DNA of 64,000 nucleotides from Dehalococcoidia bacterium (lineage in GTDB: Bacteria > Chloroflexota > Dehalococcoidia > JAUSIH01): assembly GCA_030648205.1 (NCBI GenBank), contig JAUSIH010000037.1:3744-67743 (forward strand), in the 5' to 3' direction. The notes beneath the pieces were generated by a model. The model searched no databases and was not told where the DNA came from. It saw only the letters and a list, made by a program, of their open reading frames with translations. The translations under genes and the position numbers were made by a program. Of the stretch, positions 8,953 to 18,583 are shown one piece after another; positions within the stretch are counted from its first letter, which is position 1, and the number at the start of each line of letters is the position of its first letter.

Positions 8953-10704
8953 TTAGCGGCTTATCCAGACCTTGTCCATCTTCAGATTGTCGTAGAGACC
9001 GTTGCCCGGCTCGTAGTCCCGCACTTCCTTCCACCAGGCGCGGTAGTACAGGTCCCAGTAGGACACAATGTAACCGCCGAGTTCAATGATGCGCAACTGC
9101 ATGTTGCGGACGATCTCCTTGCGCTTCGCTATGTCCAGCGTCCGTGTCTGCTGATCGTACATCGCGTCAATCTGCTTGTCGCTGAACGAGCCGAAGTTCC
9201 GAGAGCCGTCCGTCACGTAGAGCGCCGCGAAGGTCGGGTCGGGGTCGTCCATCGGCTCCGCGAGACCCCACCAGGCTGAATCGAAGGTCTTGTTGTTCAG
9301 ACGATCGAAGGCCGGCCCTTGCTCCTGCAGGTCTAGCTGTACGTCAATGCCGACCTCCGCAAGCTGCTGCTTGATAACGGGCCCCAGGCGGCCTGAGCCG
9401 CCGATGCGGTTGAGCATCACCGTCTTGGCGCCTTTGCCGTAGCCCGCGTCCGCGAGCAGTTTCTTGGCGGCCGCAATGTCCTGGGTCTTGTCCGGCCGAT
9501 AGCCGGGCAATTTGATCAGGTCATCTGGCGTAAGTCCCCAGACACCCTGAGGGTTTAGCGCCGCTCCTATCACGCCACCACCGCCGCCGGCCTTGAGCAT
9601 GTTCTGGCGGTCCAGCGCCAGTTGAACGGCCTGTCGGACGCGCACGTCCTTCCAGGGGTCGCGGGTCATGTTCATGAAGAAGACCGTGCGGGCGAGCGCC
9701 GGGTGTTCGGCGAGAGTGACGGTGCTGGCCATCTCCGTCCGGACGGTGTCCGCCTGGGTGGGCGACAGCGCGCGTGATGCGATGGTTGTTATGCGCACGC
9801 GGCCCGCGCGGAACGCCGCGAAGCGTGTGTTGTCGTCGCGGATGATGAAGAAGGTCAGGCCATCCATGTAAGGCAGGCCCTTGTCCCAGTAATTCGGGTT
9901 CTTCTTCATCTGAATGCTGACGTCACGGTCGTGCCTGGCCCACGTGAAGGGCCCCGTGCCGTTCACCACGCGCTTCATGTCACCGTTGTTTGCCAGAAGG
10001 GTGTGCTTGGGCATCATGAGGATGTTGTCCGTGGCCATGCCGCGCAGGAACGAGGCGCTGGAGAACTTGAGGGTCACGCGGACCGTGGAGGCATCTACCG
10101 CCTCGGCCTTGCTCATCGCGGCAAGGAGCGCCTCTCCCCGCGGGCTGATGGTCTTGAACTCCTGAGGGCGCGCCATGCGGGACAGGCTATAGACGACGTC
10201 TTCCGAGGTGAACGGCTTGCCATCGTGCCAGGTCACGCCCTTGCGCAGGCGGAAGGTATAGACCGTGCCGTCCCCGTTGACCTCCCAGCTCTCAGCAAGC
10301 TCCGGCACCACCTCACCGTGGTTCTTGTAGTGGTACTTGACCAGGCCGTCGTACACGTTGCGGAGCGGGGCGAGCGAGCTGACCGATGTCTGCTCAGCTA
10401 TGTCGTAGTTGGGCGGGTCCTCAAAGTGAGCTACGTTGAGGATGCCGCCGCTGGTGGGCTGCGCGCCGCCCGCGGCAGGCACGGGCGCGGGCGCGGAGGT
10501 CGGTGGGCGGGGCGTCGGCGAAGCGGCGGTCGCCGGCGCGGACGGTGCGGTGGGCACAGCGGTGGGCCGCGGTGCGGCAGTCGCCGCGGGCGCAGCGGGC
10601 GTGGGCGCGGACGGCGCGGGCGCAGCGGCTGGCGCGCACGCTCCGGCGAGGAACGCCAGGGCCAGGACGGCTCCTGATAGACGGTGCAAACTAGATAGTC
10701 TCAC
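8953..10704 (-). CDS. ABC transporter substrate-binding lipoprotein, family 5 (peptide/nickel type)
   Basis: SBP_bac_5-like body ('NVAHFEDPPNYDIAEQTSVSSLAPLRNVYDGLVKY'). Likely GTG start at 10704 with SD 'aagaggaggg', giving signal plus lipobox 'LAFLAGAC'. The longer ORF to 10860 is probably an over-extension. Confidence 0.75.
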   Translation of the reverse strand: MRLSSLHRLSGAVLALAFLAGACAPAAAPAPSAPTPAAPAATAAPRPTAVPTAPSAPATAASPTPRPPTSAPAPVPAAGGAQPTSGGILNVAHFEDPPNYDIAEQTSVSSLAPLRNVYDGLVKYHYKNHGEVVPELAESWEVNGDGTVYTFRLRKGVTWHDGKPFTSEDVVYSLSRMARPQEFKTISPRGEALLAAMSKAEAVDASTVRVTLKFSSASFLRGMATDNILMMPKHTLLANNGDMKRVVNGTGPFTWARHDRDVSIQMKKNPNYWDKGLPYMDGLTFFIIRDDNTRFAAFRAGRVRITTIASRALSPTQADTVRTEMASTVTLAEHPALARTVFFMNMTRDPWKDVRVRQAVQLALDRQNMLKAGGGGGVIGAALNPQGVWGLTPDDLIKLPGYRPDKTQDIAAAKKLLADAGYGKGAKTVMLNRIGGSGRLGPVIKQQLAEVGIDVQLDLQEQGPAFDRLNNKTFDSAWWGLAEPMDDPDPTFAALYVTDGSRNFGSFSDKQIDAMYDQQTRTLDIAKRKEIVRNMQLRIIELGGYIVSYWDLYYRAWWKEVRDYEPGNGLYDNLKMDKVWISR

Positions 10705-11151
10705 AAACCCTCCTCTTGATACGGCCCTGTTCAGGGCCGTCCCCCCAAAAACACTTGGGGTAGGATAATATGCCGCAGATTCAAAGTCAAGCCCTGGCCG
10801 CCTTGCGCACGGAGGAGAGCGGAGCGGACTTCGTGCATCAGGCAGGCGGCAAGTCGACACAGGCTATCCAGAGGCCTTGACAGTCCATGTGTCCGCGCAT
10901 ACGATACGCTTTGGCCTCGCAGGATTGGGTTGCGCGCCGCGGCCTGCTCCTTCGCCTCGCCACGACGCAGCGCCGCCACTGTTATCGGGTGCGGACTTGC
11001 GGAGCGGTGTACGCATGCGATAAAGGCAACTCCAGGAGGACTGGACTCGCGGATTGGACAAAGCTCTGGACGGTGTCAGGGCGCCTGGGTGGCGCCCGGT
11101 GGTGGCAGGCCCCCTTTTCCCCTCGGTCGGACCGAGTGACAAGGAGCACAT

Positions 11152-11712
11152 ATGGCGAAGATACGATTGCTCCAGCCGGTGGCGCCCGAGCCGCAGGCTG
11201 CCTCGAAAGTCAGCCCGCGCCTGACCGATGGCGTGCGCGGCAAGCGGCTGGGCTTCCGCGTTTACTGGCCTCGCTTTGCTCTGTTTATGGAGAAGGCCGA
11301 GCAGGTGTTGCGCGAGCGCTATGGCATCGGCTCGGTGAACCGGATCGAGGGGCTGGTGACGCAGAACATCACCGTCTATGGAAAACAGAAAGAGGAGTGG
11401 GCGGCCTGGCAGCAGAGCAGCGACGCCGCCATTCTGGGCCTGGCTGCCTGAGGGTCGTGCACATCCTGGCTTGTCCAGGACGTGATTGACACCGAAAAGA
11501 AGGGTATTCCCACCGTCATGGTGGTGACCGAGGAGTTCGTGGAGCTGGCGAAGGCGGCGGCGCGCGCCCGCGGCTATCCCGACCTCCCCATGGTGGTGCT
11601 GCCACACCCGTTCGAGACGAAGTCCGCCGAAGAGGTCGAGAGGATAGCGGTGGAGAAGGCGGACGAGCTGGTGCGGAAGCTGACGGCCCCGCTGTCGCCC
11701 GTGCGGGCCTAG
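11152..11712 (+). CDS. UGSC-family selenoprotein (in-frame TGA = Sec at 11449-11451)
   Basis: ORFs 11152..11451 and 11482..11712 are in the same frame, separated only by TGA. Read-through gives '...ILGLAA-U-GSC-TSWLVQDVIDTEKKGIPTVMVV...'. A hairpin at 11457-11484 starts 6 nt after the TGA, like a bacterial SECIS. Confidence 0.6.
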
Positions 11713-11768
11713 GCGCGACGCCGCTCTTTTTCCGCTGGGAGTTGATGACGGAGCAGCAGGACTGACAC

Positions 11769-12824
11769 ATGTCTTCACTACAATTGCGCTCGCCGATCGT
11801 GGAGGCCGAGGACGACCTGGATGGCGTCTTCGCCGAGTATTATCGAAAAGGCTGGACGGACGGCCTGCCCATCGTCCCGCCCACGGAGGCGCGCGTGCGC
11901 CGGATGATAGAGGCGTCTGGACGCTCGCCGGACGAGGTGGTCGGGGTGTTCCCGCCGCGCCAGGCGCAGGGAACGGTGGAGCAGATAGCGGTCAACGCCG
12001 TCATGGCCGGGTGCCTGCCGGAGTACCTCCCCGTGGTGCTCGCCATCGCCGACGCGATGACCGACCCGGGCTTTGATCTCTTTTCGCTCAACACGACCAC
12101 CAATGCGGTCGCCATCCTGACCGTGGTCAACGGCCCCGTCCGCCAGCAGCTTGACATCAACTGCAGCTACGGCCTCCTTGGGCCGGGCTGGCGCGCCAAC
12201 GCGACCATCGGGCGGGCGGTGCGGCTGGTGCAGACGAACATCGCGGGTGCGCTGCCGGGGCCGGTCAGCAAGTCCACGCATGGACAGCCCGGACGCTACG
12301 CCATGTGCTTCGGCGAGTTCGAGGAGAAGAACCCCTGGGAGCCGCTGCACGTGGAGCAGGGGTTCAAGCGCGAGGAGAGCGCCGTCTCCCTGTTCACCGC
12401 GCAGGGCACGGTCCCCATCACCGAGTCGCGCACCCGGACGGCGAAGGCGCTCATCCACTTCATCGCGCACTGCATGGACATCGTGGGCACGAACAACATG
12501 CTGTCGGGGCATCCCGGCGATTCGCTGCTCATCCTGTGCCCCGACCATGCGGCGATCATCGCGCGGGACGGCTACTCGAAGAAGGCGCTCCAGGAGGCGC
12601 TCTTCGCGAAGACCAACCGGATATCGCTGAGCCGCTGGCCGGAGGACAAACACGAGGAACTTCTGAAGAACCGGAAAGCCACAGGGCGGTTCGTGTCCCT
12701 GCACGACGGCCCCGCCAACTTCCGCATCGTTGTCGCCGGGGGGCTTGGCGGCATCCATTCGACCTGGGTCCCCACCTACGGCCATTCGGTCGCCATCACC
12801 AGGCGAATCAAGGCTGGAAGCTAG
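11769..12824 (+). CDS. uncharacterised conserved protein, 'GWTDGLPxVPPT' family, paralog 3
   Basis: 351 aa. 'RKGWTDGLPIVPPTEARV...NAVMAGCLPEYLPVVLAIADA'. Confidence 0.6.
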   Translation: MSSLQLRSPIVEAEDDLDGVFAEYYRKGWTDGLPIVPPTEARVRRMIEASGRSPDEVVGVFPPRQAQGTVEQIAVNAVMAGCLPEYLPVVLAIADAMTDPGFDLFSLNTTTNAVAILTVVNGPVRQQLDINCSYGLLGPGWRANATIGRAVRLVQTNIAGALPGPVSKSTHGQPGRYAMCFGEFEEKNPWEPLHVEQGFKREESAVSLFTAQGTVPITESRTRTAKALIHFIAHCMDIVGTNNMLSGHPGDSLLILCPDHAAIIARDGYSKKALQEALFAKTNRISLSRWPEDKHEELLKNRKATGRFVSLHDGPANFRIVVAGGLGGIHSTWVPTYGHSVAITRRIKAGS

Positions 12825-12825
12825 T

Positions 12826-12970
12826 GTAGTGTCCCTGAAATACGTTCCCTATTTCACGTCATACCGGCGAAAGCCGGTATCCAGAGAAGCGCAGGGGAAT
12901 GCTGGATTCCGGATCAAGTCCGGAATGACGGACACTGTAAAGCTGTTGCTGAGACACTACACTAGCAGCG
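12826..12970. repeat. MITE-like element with terminal inverted repeats 'ctagtgtagtg...cactacactag'
   Basis: Starts 2 nt after the stop of the gene at 11769..12824. Its internal module 'ccggcgaaagccggtatccagagaagcgcaggggaatgctggattccggatcaagtccggaatgacgg' recurs inverted at 32880-32990 and partly at 35960-36010. Confidence 0.75.
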
Positions 12971-13104
12971 GAGCACAGCGCGGAGATATTGCGCGAGATG
13001 GGCTACTCGCAGGCGGACATTCAGAAGTTGAGCGACGAAGGGGCCGTGGGGCTGTCCGACAGCTCTCCGTGCCTTCCTCGGTAGCAGATTGAAAGGAGAC
13101 ACGA

Positions 13105-13974
13105 ATGGCTTACCAGTACATCCTCTACGGGGTCGAGAACCGGATAGCGACCATCACGTTGAACCGTCCGGAGAAGATGAACGCGGTGCATGACGCCATG
13201 CGCGCGGAGATCAGCGCCGCATACGCGGACGCGGCCAAGGACGATGCAGTCAAGGTGGTCATCCTGAAAGGCGCCGGGACGTGCTTTTCGGCGGGCCACG
13301 ACCTGCAGGCGGTGGGCCGGCCCTACGGGTTCAACGACGGGCGCACGGAGGAGGAGCGCAGCCGGCGCCCCAGCCAGCGCGTCCGCCTGCGCCGCGACCG
13401 CTGGATAGCGGAAATCTGGCGGGACATCCTCGTCCACCCCAAGATCACCATTGCGCAGATACACGGCCACTGCCTGGGCGGCTCAAGCCTTATGCAGCTC
13501 TGCTGCGACGTCGCGGTCGCCGCTGAGGACGCTACCCTGGGCCACCCGGAGTACCGGCTGGTCGGCCCCAAGGTAAGCCTGCTCCAGATGCTCATCATGG
13601 GAATGCGCCGCGCCAATTTTGTGTGCTACACGGGCCGCAAGTTCACGGGCAGGGAGGCGGAGCGCCTCGGCCTCGTCAGCCTGGCAGTCCCCGCCGACAA
13701 GCTGGAGGAGGAAGTGCGGACCATGGCCCAGTCCTTCGCCCAGTTCCCCGCGGACGGCATTGCCATCGGCAAGGCCATCACGCACCAGGCGCTGGAGGCG
13801 CTGGGGGTCACCAAGGCGTTCAGCCAGTGGTACATGGGCCACACGCTGGGGACCAACATCCAGTTTGAGCAGGAAGACCACAACTTCTTCCGCGAGCGCC
13901 GGGAGAAGGGCACCAAGACCGCCTTCCACGAGCGCGACGCGCGGTTTGACAAGCTTGGCAAGGCGAAACGCTAG
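13105..13974 (+). CDS. enoyl-CoA hydratase/isomerase (crotonase) family protein
   Basis: 'YILYGVENRIATITLNRPEKMNAV...ILKGAGTCFSAGHDL' is a crotonase-fold signature. SD 'gaaaggagac' precedes the ATG. Confidence 0.8.
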   Translation: MAYQYILYGVENRIATITLNRPEKMNAVHDAMRAEISAAYADAAKDDAVKVVILKGAGTCFSAGHDLQAVGRPYGFNDGRTEEERSRRPSQRVRLRRDRWIAEIWRDILVHPKITIAQIHGHCLGGSSLMQLCCDVAVAAEDATLGHPEYRLVGPKVSLLQMLIMGMRRANFVCYTGRKFTGREAERLGLVSLAVPADKLEEEVRTMAQSFAQFPADGIAIGKAITHQALEALGVTKAFSQWYMGHTLGTNIQFEQEDHNFFRERREKGTKTAFHERDARFDKLGKAKR

Positions 13975-14182
13975 CTAACTTTGCGCTCCCACAGGTACGA
14001 GCGGCGTTCAGAGGAGGGTGTCCCCGAGCAGCGGACACCCTCCCGGCTTTCTGGCACGGGCGCGGCGGCCTCGCCAAACTGGCGCGGCGGCAGGTGACGT
14101 GCTACGATTACCGTGTCGCCGCCACGGATATTCCGCACGTGGCAATCGGCGGATACGCCCTTCGGGAGCGAGGTAACCATTC

Positions 14183-15259
14183 GTGTTTATCTTCGACACC
14201 ATGCTGGGGCGCGACTACGAGCAACTGGTCGTGTGCACTGACAAGGCCTCGGGCCTACGCGCCTTCATTTGCATTCACGACACCACCCTTGGGCCGGCGT
14301 TGGGCGGAGTCCGCATCTGGCCCCACAAGACGGAGGAGGACGCGCTGACCGATGTGCTGCGGCTTGCGCGCGCCATGACGTACAAGGCGGCGGCGGCGGG
14401 ACTCTCGCTGGGCGGCGGCAAGGCGCTCATCATGGCCGACCCGCGCCGCGACAAGAGCGAGGCGCTGCTGCGGGCGTACGGCCGGTTCGTCGAAGCGGTG
14501 GGCGGCCGCTACATCACCACCGAGGACATGGGTAGCACCACGGACGACATGGAGATTATCGCCACGCAGACGCGCCACGTGATCGGCCTGCCCGTGGCGC
14601 AGGGCGGCAGCGGCGACCCGTCGTCCATGACAGCCTACGGCGTTTTTCGCGCCATGCAGGCGTGCGCGAAGGACGTCTGGGGCAATCCCTCCCTCCAGGG
14701 ACGCACGGTGGCCGTGCAGGGCTTCGGCAAGGTAGCCTCCAATCTGGCGGCGCATCTGAAAAGGGACGGAGCGCGGCTTATCGTGACCGACATCAACGAG
14801 CAGGCGGCGGACAGGGCGCGCCGCGAGTTCGACGCGCGGCTGGTCGCGCCTGACGACGTCTTCGATGCCGCGTGCGACATCTTCGCCCCTTGCGCTCTGG
14901 GCGGCGCTTTGAACGACACCACCATCCCGCGCCTGCGCTGCAAGGTGGTCTGCGGCGGCGCCAACAACCAGTTGGCGGAGGACCGACACGGTGAGGGGCT
15001 GATGAAGCGGGGCATCCTGTACGCGCCTGACTTCATCGTCAACGCGGGCGGCGTCATCAACCTCAGCGTGGAGCTGATGCCGCTGGGCTACAACGAGGAG
15101 ATGGCGCGGGAGCGCACGTCGCGCATCTATGGGACGCTGGAGAAAGTCATCGCCGTCAGCAAGGCGGAGGGCATCCCCACCAGCCGCGCCGCCGAACGCC
15201 TGGCGGAAGAGCGCGTCGGCGGGGCGCGTGCGGTCAAGCGCATCTGGCTGCCTCACTAA
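14183..15259 (+). CDS. Glu/Leu/Phe/Val dehydrogenase family (leucine/valine dehydrogenase-like)
   Basis: 'GPALGGVRIWP...AAAGLSLGGGKALIMADP' is the ELFV dehydrogenase catalytic Lys region. C-terminal Rossmann 'VAVQGFGKVASNLA'. The start could be the ATG at 14201. Confidence 0.8.
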   Translation: MFIFDTMLGRDYEQLVVCTDKASGLRAFICIHDTTLGPALGGVRIWPHKTEEDALTDVLRLARAMTYKAAAAGLSLGGGKALIMADPRRDKSEALLRAYGRFVEAVGGRYITTEDMGSTTDDMEIIATQTRHVIGLPVAQGGSGDPSSMTAYGVFRAMQACAKDVWGNPSLQGRTVAVQGFGKVASNLAAHLKRDGARLIVTDINEQAADRARREFDARLVAPDDVFDAACDIFAPCALGGALNDTTIPRLRCKVVCGGANNQLAEDRHGEGLMKRGILYAPDFIVNAGGVINLSVELMPLGYNEEMARERTSRIYGTLEKVIAVSKAEGIPTSRAAERLAEERVGGARAVKRIWLPH

Positions 15260-15272
15260 CCCGCTGTCTGTC

Positions 15273-16598
15273 ATGACACAGCCCCCCCGACAGTCCACGA
15301 CGCGTTCCGAAGCCCTGTTCGCCGAGGCGCAGCGCTACCTGGTCGGCGGGGTCAACAGCCCGGTGCGGGCATTCCGCGCCGTGGGCGGCTCGCCCCGGTT
15401 CATCGCCCGCGGGCAGGGGCCGTACGTGTGGGATGTGGACGGCAACCGGTACGTTGACTACGTCTGCTCGTGGGGGCCGCTCATCCTGGGCCACGCGCAC
15501 CCGCGGGTCATTAAGGCGGTGACGGCGGCCGCCGCGCGCGGCACGAGCTATGGCGCGCCCACCGAGGCGGAGGTGGAGTTGGCCCGTCTGGTCTGCCAGG
15601 CGATGCCCTCCATCCAGATGGTGCGCTTCACCAGCTCCGGCACCGAGGCCTGCATGAGCGCCCTGCGCCTCGCCCGCGCCTACACGGGCCGGAGCAAGGT
15701 CGTCAAGTTCGAGGGGTGCTACCACGGCCACGCCGACGGCCTGCTGGTCAAGGCGGGCTCCGGCGCGGCGACCTTCGGCGTGCCGGACAGCGCGGGGGTG
15801 CCCGCGTCCTACGCCCAGGAGACGTTGGTCTGCCCCTACAACGACCTGTCGGCCCTGGACGAGCTGTTCGACAACCATGAAGGGGAGATCGCCGCGGTCA
15901 TCGTGGAGCCCGTGGCGGCGAACATGGGCGTGGCGCCGCCGCTGCCCAGCTTCCTGGAGGGCCTGCGGCAGGTCACGCGCAAGTGTGGGGCGCTGCTCAT
16001 CTTCGATGAGGTGATTACGGGCTTCCGCGTCGCCTGGGGTGGGGCGCAGGCCCTTCCGATGTGCGGAAGGGTGACACCGGACCTGACCTGTCTGGGGAAG
16101 GTCATCGGCGGGGGGCTGCCCGTGGCCGCCTATGGAGGGCGGCGGGACATCATGGAAATGGTGTCGCCGCTGGGGCCCGTGTACCAGGCGGGCACTCTGT
16201 CCGGCAATCCGCTGGCCATGGCGGCGGGCCTGGCGACGCTGAAGGCGCTTGGCGCGCCTGGCGTGTACGAGCGGCTGGAGGCGCTGGGCGAGTCCCTGGA
16301 GCGCGGCCTGCGGGACGCGGTCGCGCTCAACGGCGTGGAGGCGTGCGTGCAGCGAGTCGGCTCCGTGCTGACGCTCTTCTTCCGCCAGGGCCCCGTCACC
16401 GACTGGGCCACGGCGAAGCGGGCCGACACGCGGCGCTACGCCGCGTTCTTCCATGCCATGCTCCGACAGGGCGTGTACCTGCCGCCCTCGCAGTTCGAGG
16501 CGTGGTTCGTGTCACTGGCGCATACGGAGGAGGACATCACGGCCACGGTGCGCGCGGCGGGCGAGGCTCTGGCGGGAGTACGTTCCGCGGCTTCTTGA
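15273..16598 (+). CDS. hemL: glutamate-1-semialdehyde 2,1-aminomutase
   Basis: 'EALFAEAQRYLVGGVNSPVRAF...GPLILGHAHP...YGAPTEAEVELA' is canonical HemL. The ATG at 15273 follows the upstream stop. The ORF extension back to 15129 is rejected. Confidence 0.9.
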   Translation: MTQPPRQSTTRSEALFAEAQRYLVGGVNSPVRAFRAVGGSPRFIARGQGPYVWDVDGNRYVDYVCSWGPLILGHAHPRVIKAVTAAAARGTSYGAPTEAEVELARLVCQAMPSIQMVRFTSSGTEACMSALRLARAYTGRSKVVKFEGCYHGHADGLLVKAGSGAATFGVPDSAGVPASYAQETLVCPYNDLSALDELFDNHEGEIAAVIVEPVAANMGVAPPLPSFLEGLRQVTRKCGALLIFDEVITGFRVAWGGAQALPMCGRVTPDLTCLGKVIGGGLPVAAYGGRRDIMEMVSPLGPVYQAGTLSGNPLAMAAGLATLKALGAPGVYERLEALGESLERGLRDAVALNGVEACVQRVGSVLTLFFRQGPVTDWATAKRADTRRYAAFFHAMLRQGVYLPPSQFEAWFVSLAHTEEDITATVRAAGEALAGVRSAAS

Positions 16599-16623
16599 GA
16601 TTGCGTTATCCGTGGGGTATACT
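16595..16623 (+). promoter_or_regulatory. sigma70-like promoter TTGAGA-17-TATACT upstream of dnaN
   Basis: -35 at 16595-16600, a 17-nt spacer, -10 at 16618-16623. It sits ~50 nt upstream of the dnaN ATG. Confidence 0.5.
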
Positions 16624-16674
16624 AGCGCCACTCGATTCTCGATATATTTCTTTTTTGCCTGAGGAGGCTGTCCG

Positions 16675-17805
16675 ATGCGTGTCTCTTGTCTTCAAGAAAA
16701 CCTGGCGAAGGGCCTCTCGATTGTGGGACGTGCGGTCGCGGTCCGCTCCACGCTGCCCGTGACGCAAAATGTTCTGATCGCGACGGACAACTCCCGGCTG
16801 AAGCTGGCGGCGACGAATCTGGAGATCGCGGTCTGCTGCTGGATAGGGGCGAAGGTGGAGGAGGAGGGAGCTCTCACGGTGCCGTCCCGCATCCTCACCG
16901 AGTTCGTCAGCGCGTTGCCCAACGACAAGATTGCCTTGACGGTACCCGCCAAGGGTAAGGTGCTGCACATGGCCTGCGGGCGCTACGAGGCGCGTATGAG
17001 CGGCATTGACGCCGACGACTTCCCGCCCATTCCGGAGGTGGGCGGCGACCTGACGGCGACGATTGAGCCGGATGTCCTCCGCACGACCATCGGCCAGGTG
17101 GCCCTCGCGGCGGCGCAGGAAGACTCGCGGCCCGTGCTCACCGGCGTGAACATGTCCTTCAGCGAGGATATGATGACTCTGGCCGCGGCTGACGGGTTTC
17201 GGCTGGCGGTGCGCAAGACCAAGCTGTCGGCCCATGTGACTGAGGCGAGCGTCATCGTGCCCGCGCGGGCGCTGATGGAGCTGGCCCGGCTGCTGGCCGA
17301 CCAGGCGGACCCGGTTGAGGTGACCGTCAACACGGCTCGCAGCCAGGTACTCTTCCGTCTGAAGAACGTGGAGCTGGTCTCGCAGCTTCTGCAAGGCACC
17401 TTTCCGAACTATACGCAACTCATTCCCCAGGGTCACGCCTCTCGCGCGGTGGTGGACGCCGGAGAGTTCCAGCGCGCCACCAAGACGGCCGCTATTTTCG
17501 CTCGGGACGCCAGCGGCATCGTCCGGATCCAGGTCACGCCCGGCGCCGACGGCGCGCGGGGCAAACTGACTGTCATGGCCCGCGCCGAGGAGGTGGGCGA
17601 CAACCAGTCCGAGATTGACGCGGTGGTCGAGGGCGAGGCGGCGAAGATCGCGTTCAACAGCAAGTACCTGCTGGACGTGCTGTCGGTGCTGGACAAGGGG
17701 CAGGTGGCGCTGGAGACGACCAGCCCGTCGAGTCCGGGCGTCATCCGGCCCGTCGGCGACGACAGCTACGTGCACGTGGTCATGCCGATGTTCGTTCAGT
17801 GGTAG
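16675..17805 (+). CDS. dnaN: DNA polymerase III beta sliding clamp
   Basis: 'MRVSCLQENLAKGLSIVGRAVAVRSTLPVTQNVLI' and a three-domain clamp architecture, 376 aa. Confidence 0.9.
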   Translation: MRVSCLQENLAKGLSIVGRAVAVRSTLPVTQNVLIATDNSRLKLAATNLEIAVCCWIGAKVEEEGALTVPSRILTEFVSALPNDKIALTVPAKGKVLHMACGRYEARMSGIDADDFPPIPEVGGDLTATIEPDVLRTTIGQVALAAAQEDSRPVLTGVNMSFSEDMMTLAAADGFRLAVRKTKLSAHVTEASVIVPARALMELARLLADQADPVEVTVNTARSQVLFRLKNVELVSQLLQGTFPNYTQLIPQGHASRAVVDAGEFQRATKTAAIFARDASGIVRIQVTPGADGARGKLTVMARAEEVGDNQSEIDAVVEGEAAKIAFNSKYLLDVLSVLDKGQVALETTSPSSPGVIRPVGDDSYVHVVMPMFVQW

Positions 17806-17881
17806 AGGTGACGGTCTGTTCAGGCGCTGGTCGGCAGGCCAATCAGCTTTGAGTTTGCCCTGACTGCGGCTGTCGGCGAAA

Positions 17882-18583
17882 CTAGGCCCTGGGCAGGAGT
17901 TCGCGGGTCATAACGCGCAGTATGCGCAGCCCCGTGGGGATGGGTGGAAGCTTGCTCCGCCCGCCGATGCGGTCACCTTCTCGGGTAGGGATCTCCGCCA
18001 CCTTGCACTTCAGCTTCAGCGCGCGGATCGTCATCTGGGACTCGATCTCGAACTGTTGCGCGTCGAGGTTCATCTCCTCGAATCGCGCCCGCCGCACGCC
18101 GCGGAAACCGTTCTGCGTATCGGTGATGTGGCCGCCCCACAGTAGCCGGAAGGCCAGGGTGAAGCCAAGATTGGCCCACTTGCGGGTTGCGATGATCTTG
18201 CCATCCTCCTCATTGCGCGCCCCTTTCATGAACCGTGAGGCGATCGCCAGGTCGGTTCCCTGCTTGACCAGGTCTACGAGGCGTACGATGTCCGCGGGGT
18301 CTTCGTTGCCGTCCGGACTGAAGAAGATGAGGTAATCCCCTTTGGTTTCCGCAGCGCCGATCTGAAAGGCAAGCCCTCGGCCGGGAACGCTCTGCCGCAC
18401 CACGCGCAGACCGCGCTGCTCCAGGAACTCCACCGTGCCGTCAGTCGACCCACCGTCGACTGCGATGCATTCGTCCACGGCGTGAAAGGGGATGCGATCA
18501 AAAAGCGCGCGTACTCCGTGGATCTCATTGCGTGTAAGCAAAATGAGCGACGTCGTGCCGGTCTGCTGTCCTGTTACTGCCAT
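17882..18583 (-). CDS. family-2 glycosyltransferase (polyprenyl-phosphate sugar synthase-like)
   Basis: 'ILLTRNEIHGVRAL...IAVDGGSTDGTVEFL...GRGLAF' is a GT2 DxD-type fold. It lies downstream of a large polytopic membrane protein gene on the same strand. Confidence 0.75.
   Translation of the reverse strand: MAVTGQQTGTTSLILLTRNEIHGVRALFDRIPFHAVDECIAVDGGSTDGTVEFLEQRGLRVVRQSVPGRGLAFQIGAAETKGDYLIFFSPDGNEDPADIVRLVDLVKQGTDLAIASRFMKGARNEEDGKIIATRKWANLGFTLAFRLLWGGHITDTQNGFRGVRRARFEEMNLDAQQFEIESQMTIRALKLKCKVAEIPTREGDRIGGRSKLPPIPTGLRILRVMTRELLPRA

Noticed and set aside
10864-11778. 304-aa minus-strand ORF overlapping the selenoprotein locus
   Set aside because: It lies antisense to the UGSC gene, which has a coherent read-through product, SD and SECIS-like hairpin. 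The minus ORF has no start context.
15129-16598. Longer hemL ORF starting at 15129 (and the longer clpC ORF from 23815, radA from 26719, cytochrome ORF from 53380, SBP from 10860)
   Set aside because: The N-terminal extensions overlap upstream genes or repeats, are Arg/Pro-rich and lack an SD. Internal starts with an SD and a conserved N-terminus were preferred.
16606-17775. 389-aa minus-strand ORF
   Set aside because: It is the antisense shadow of dnaN.
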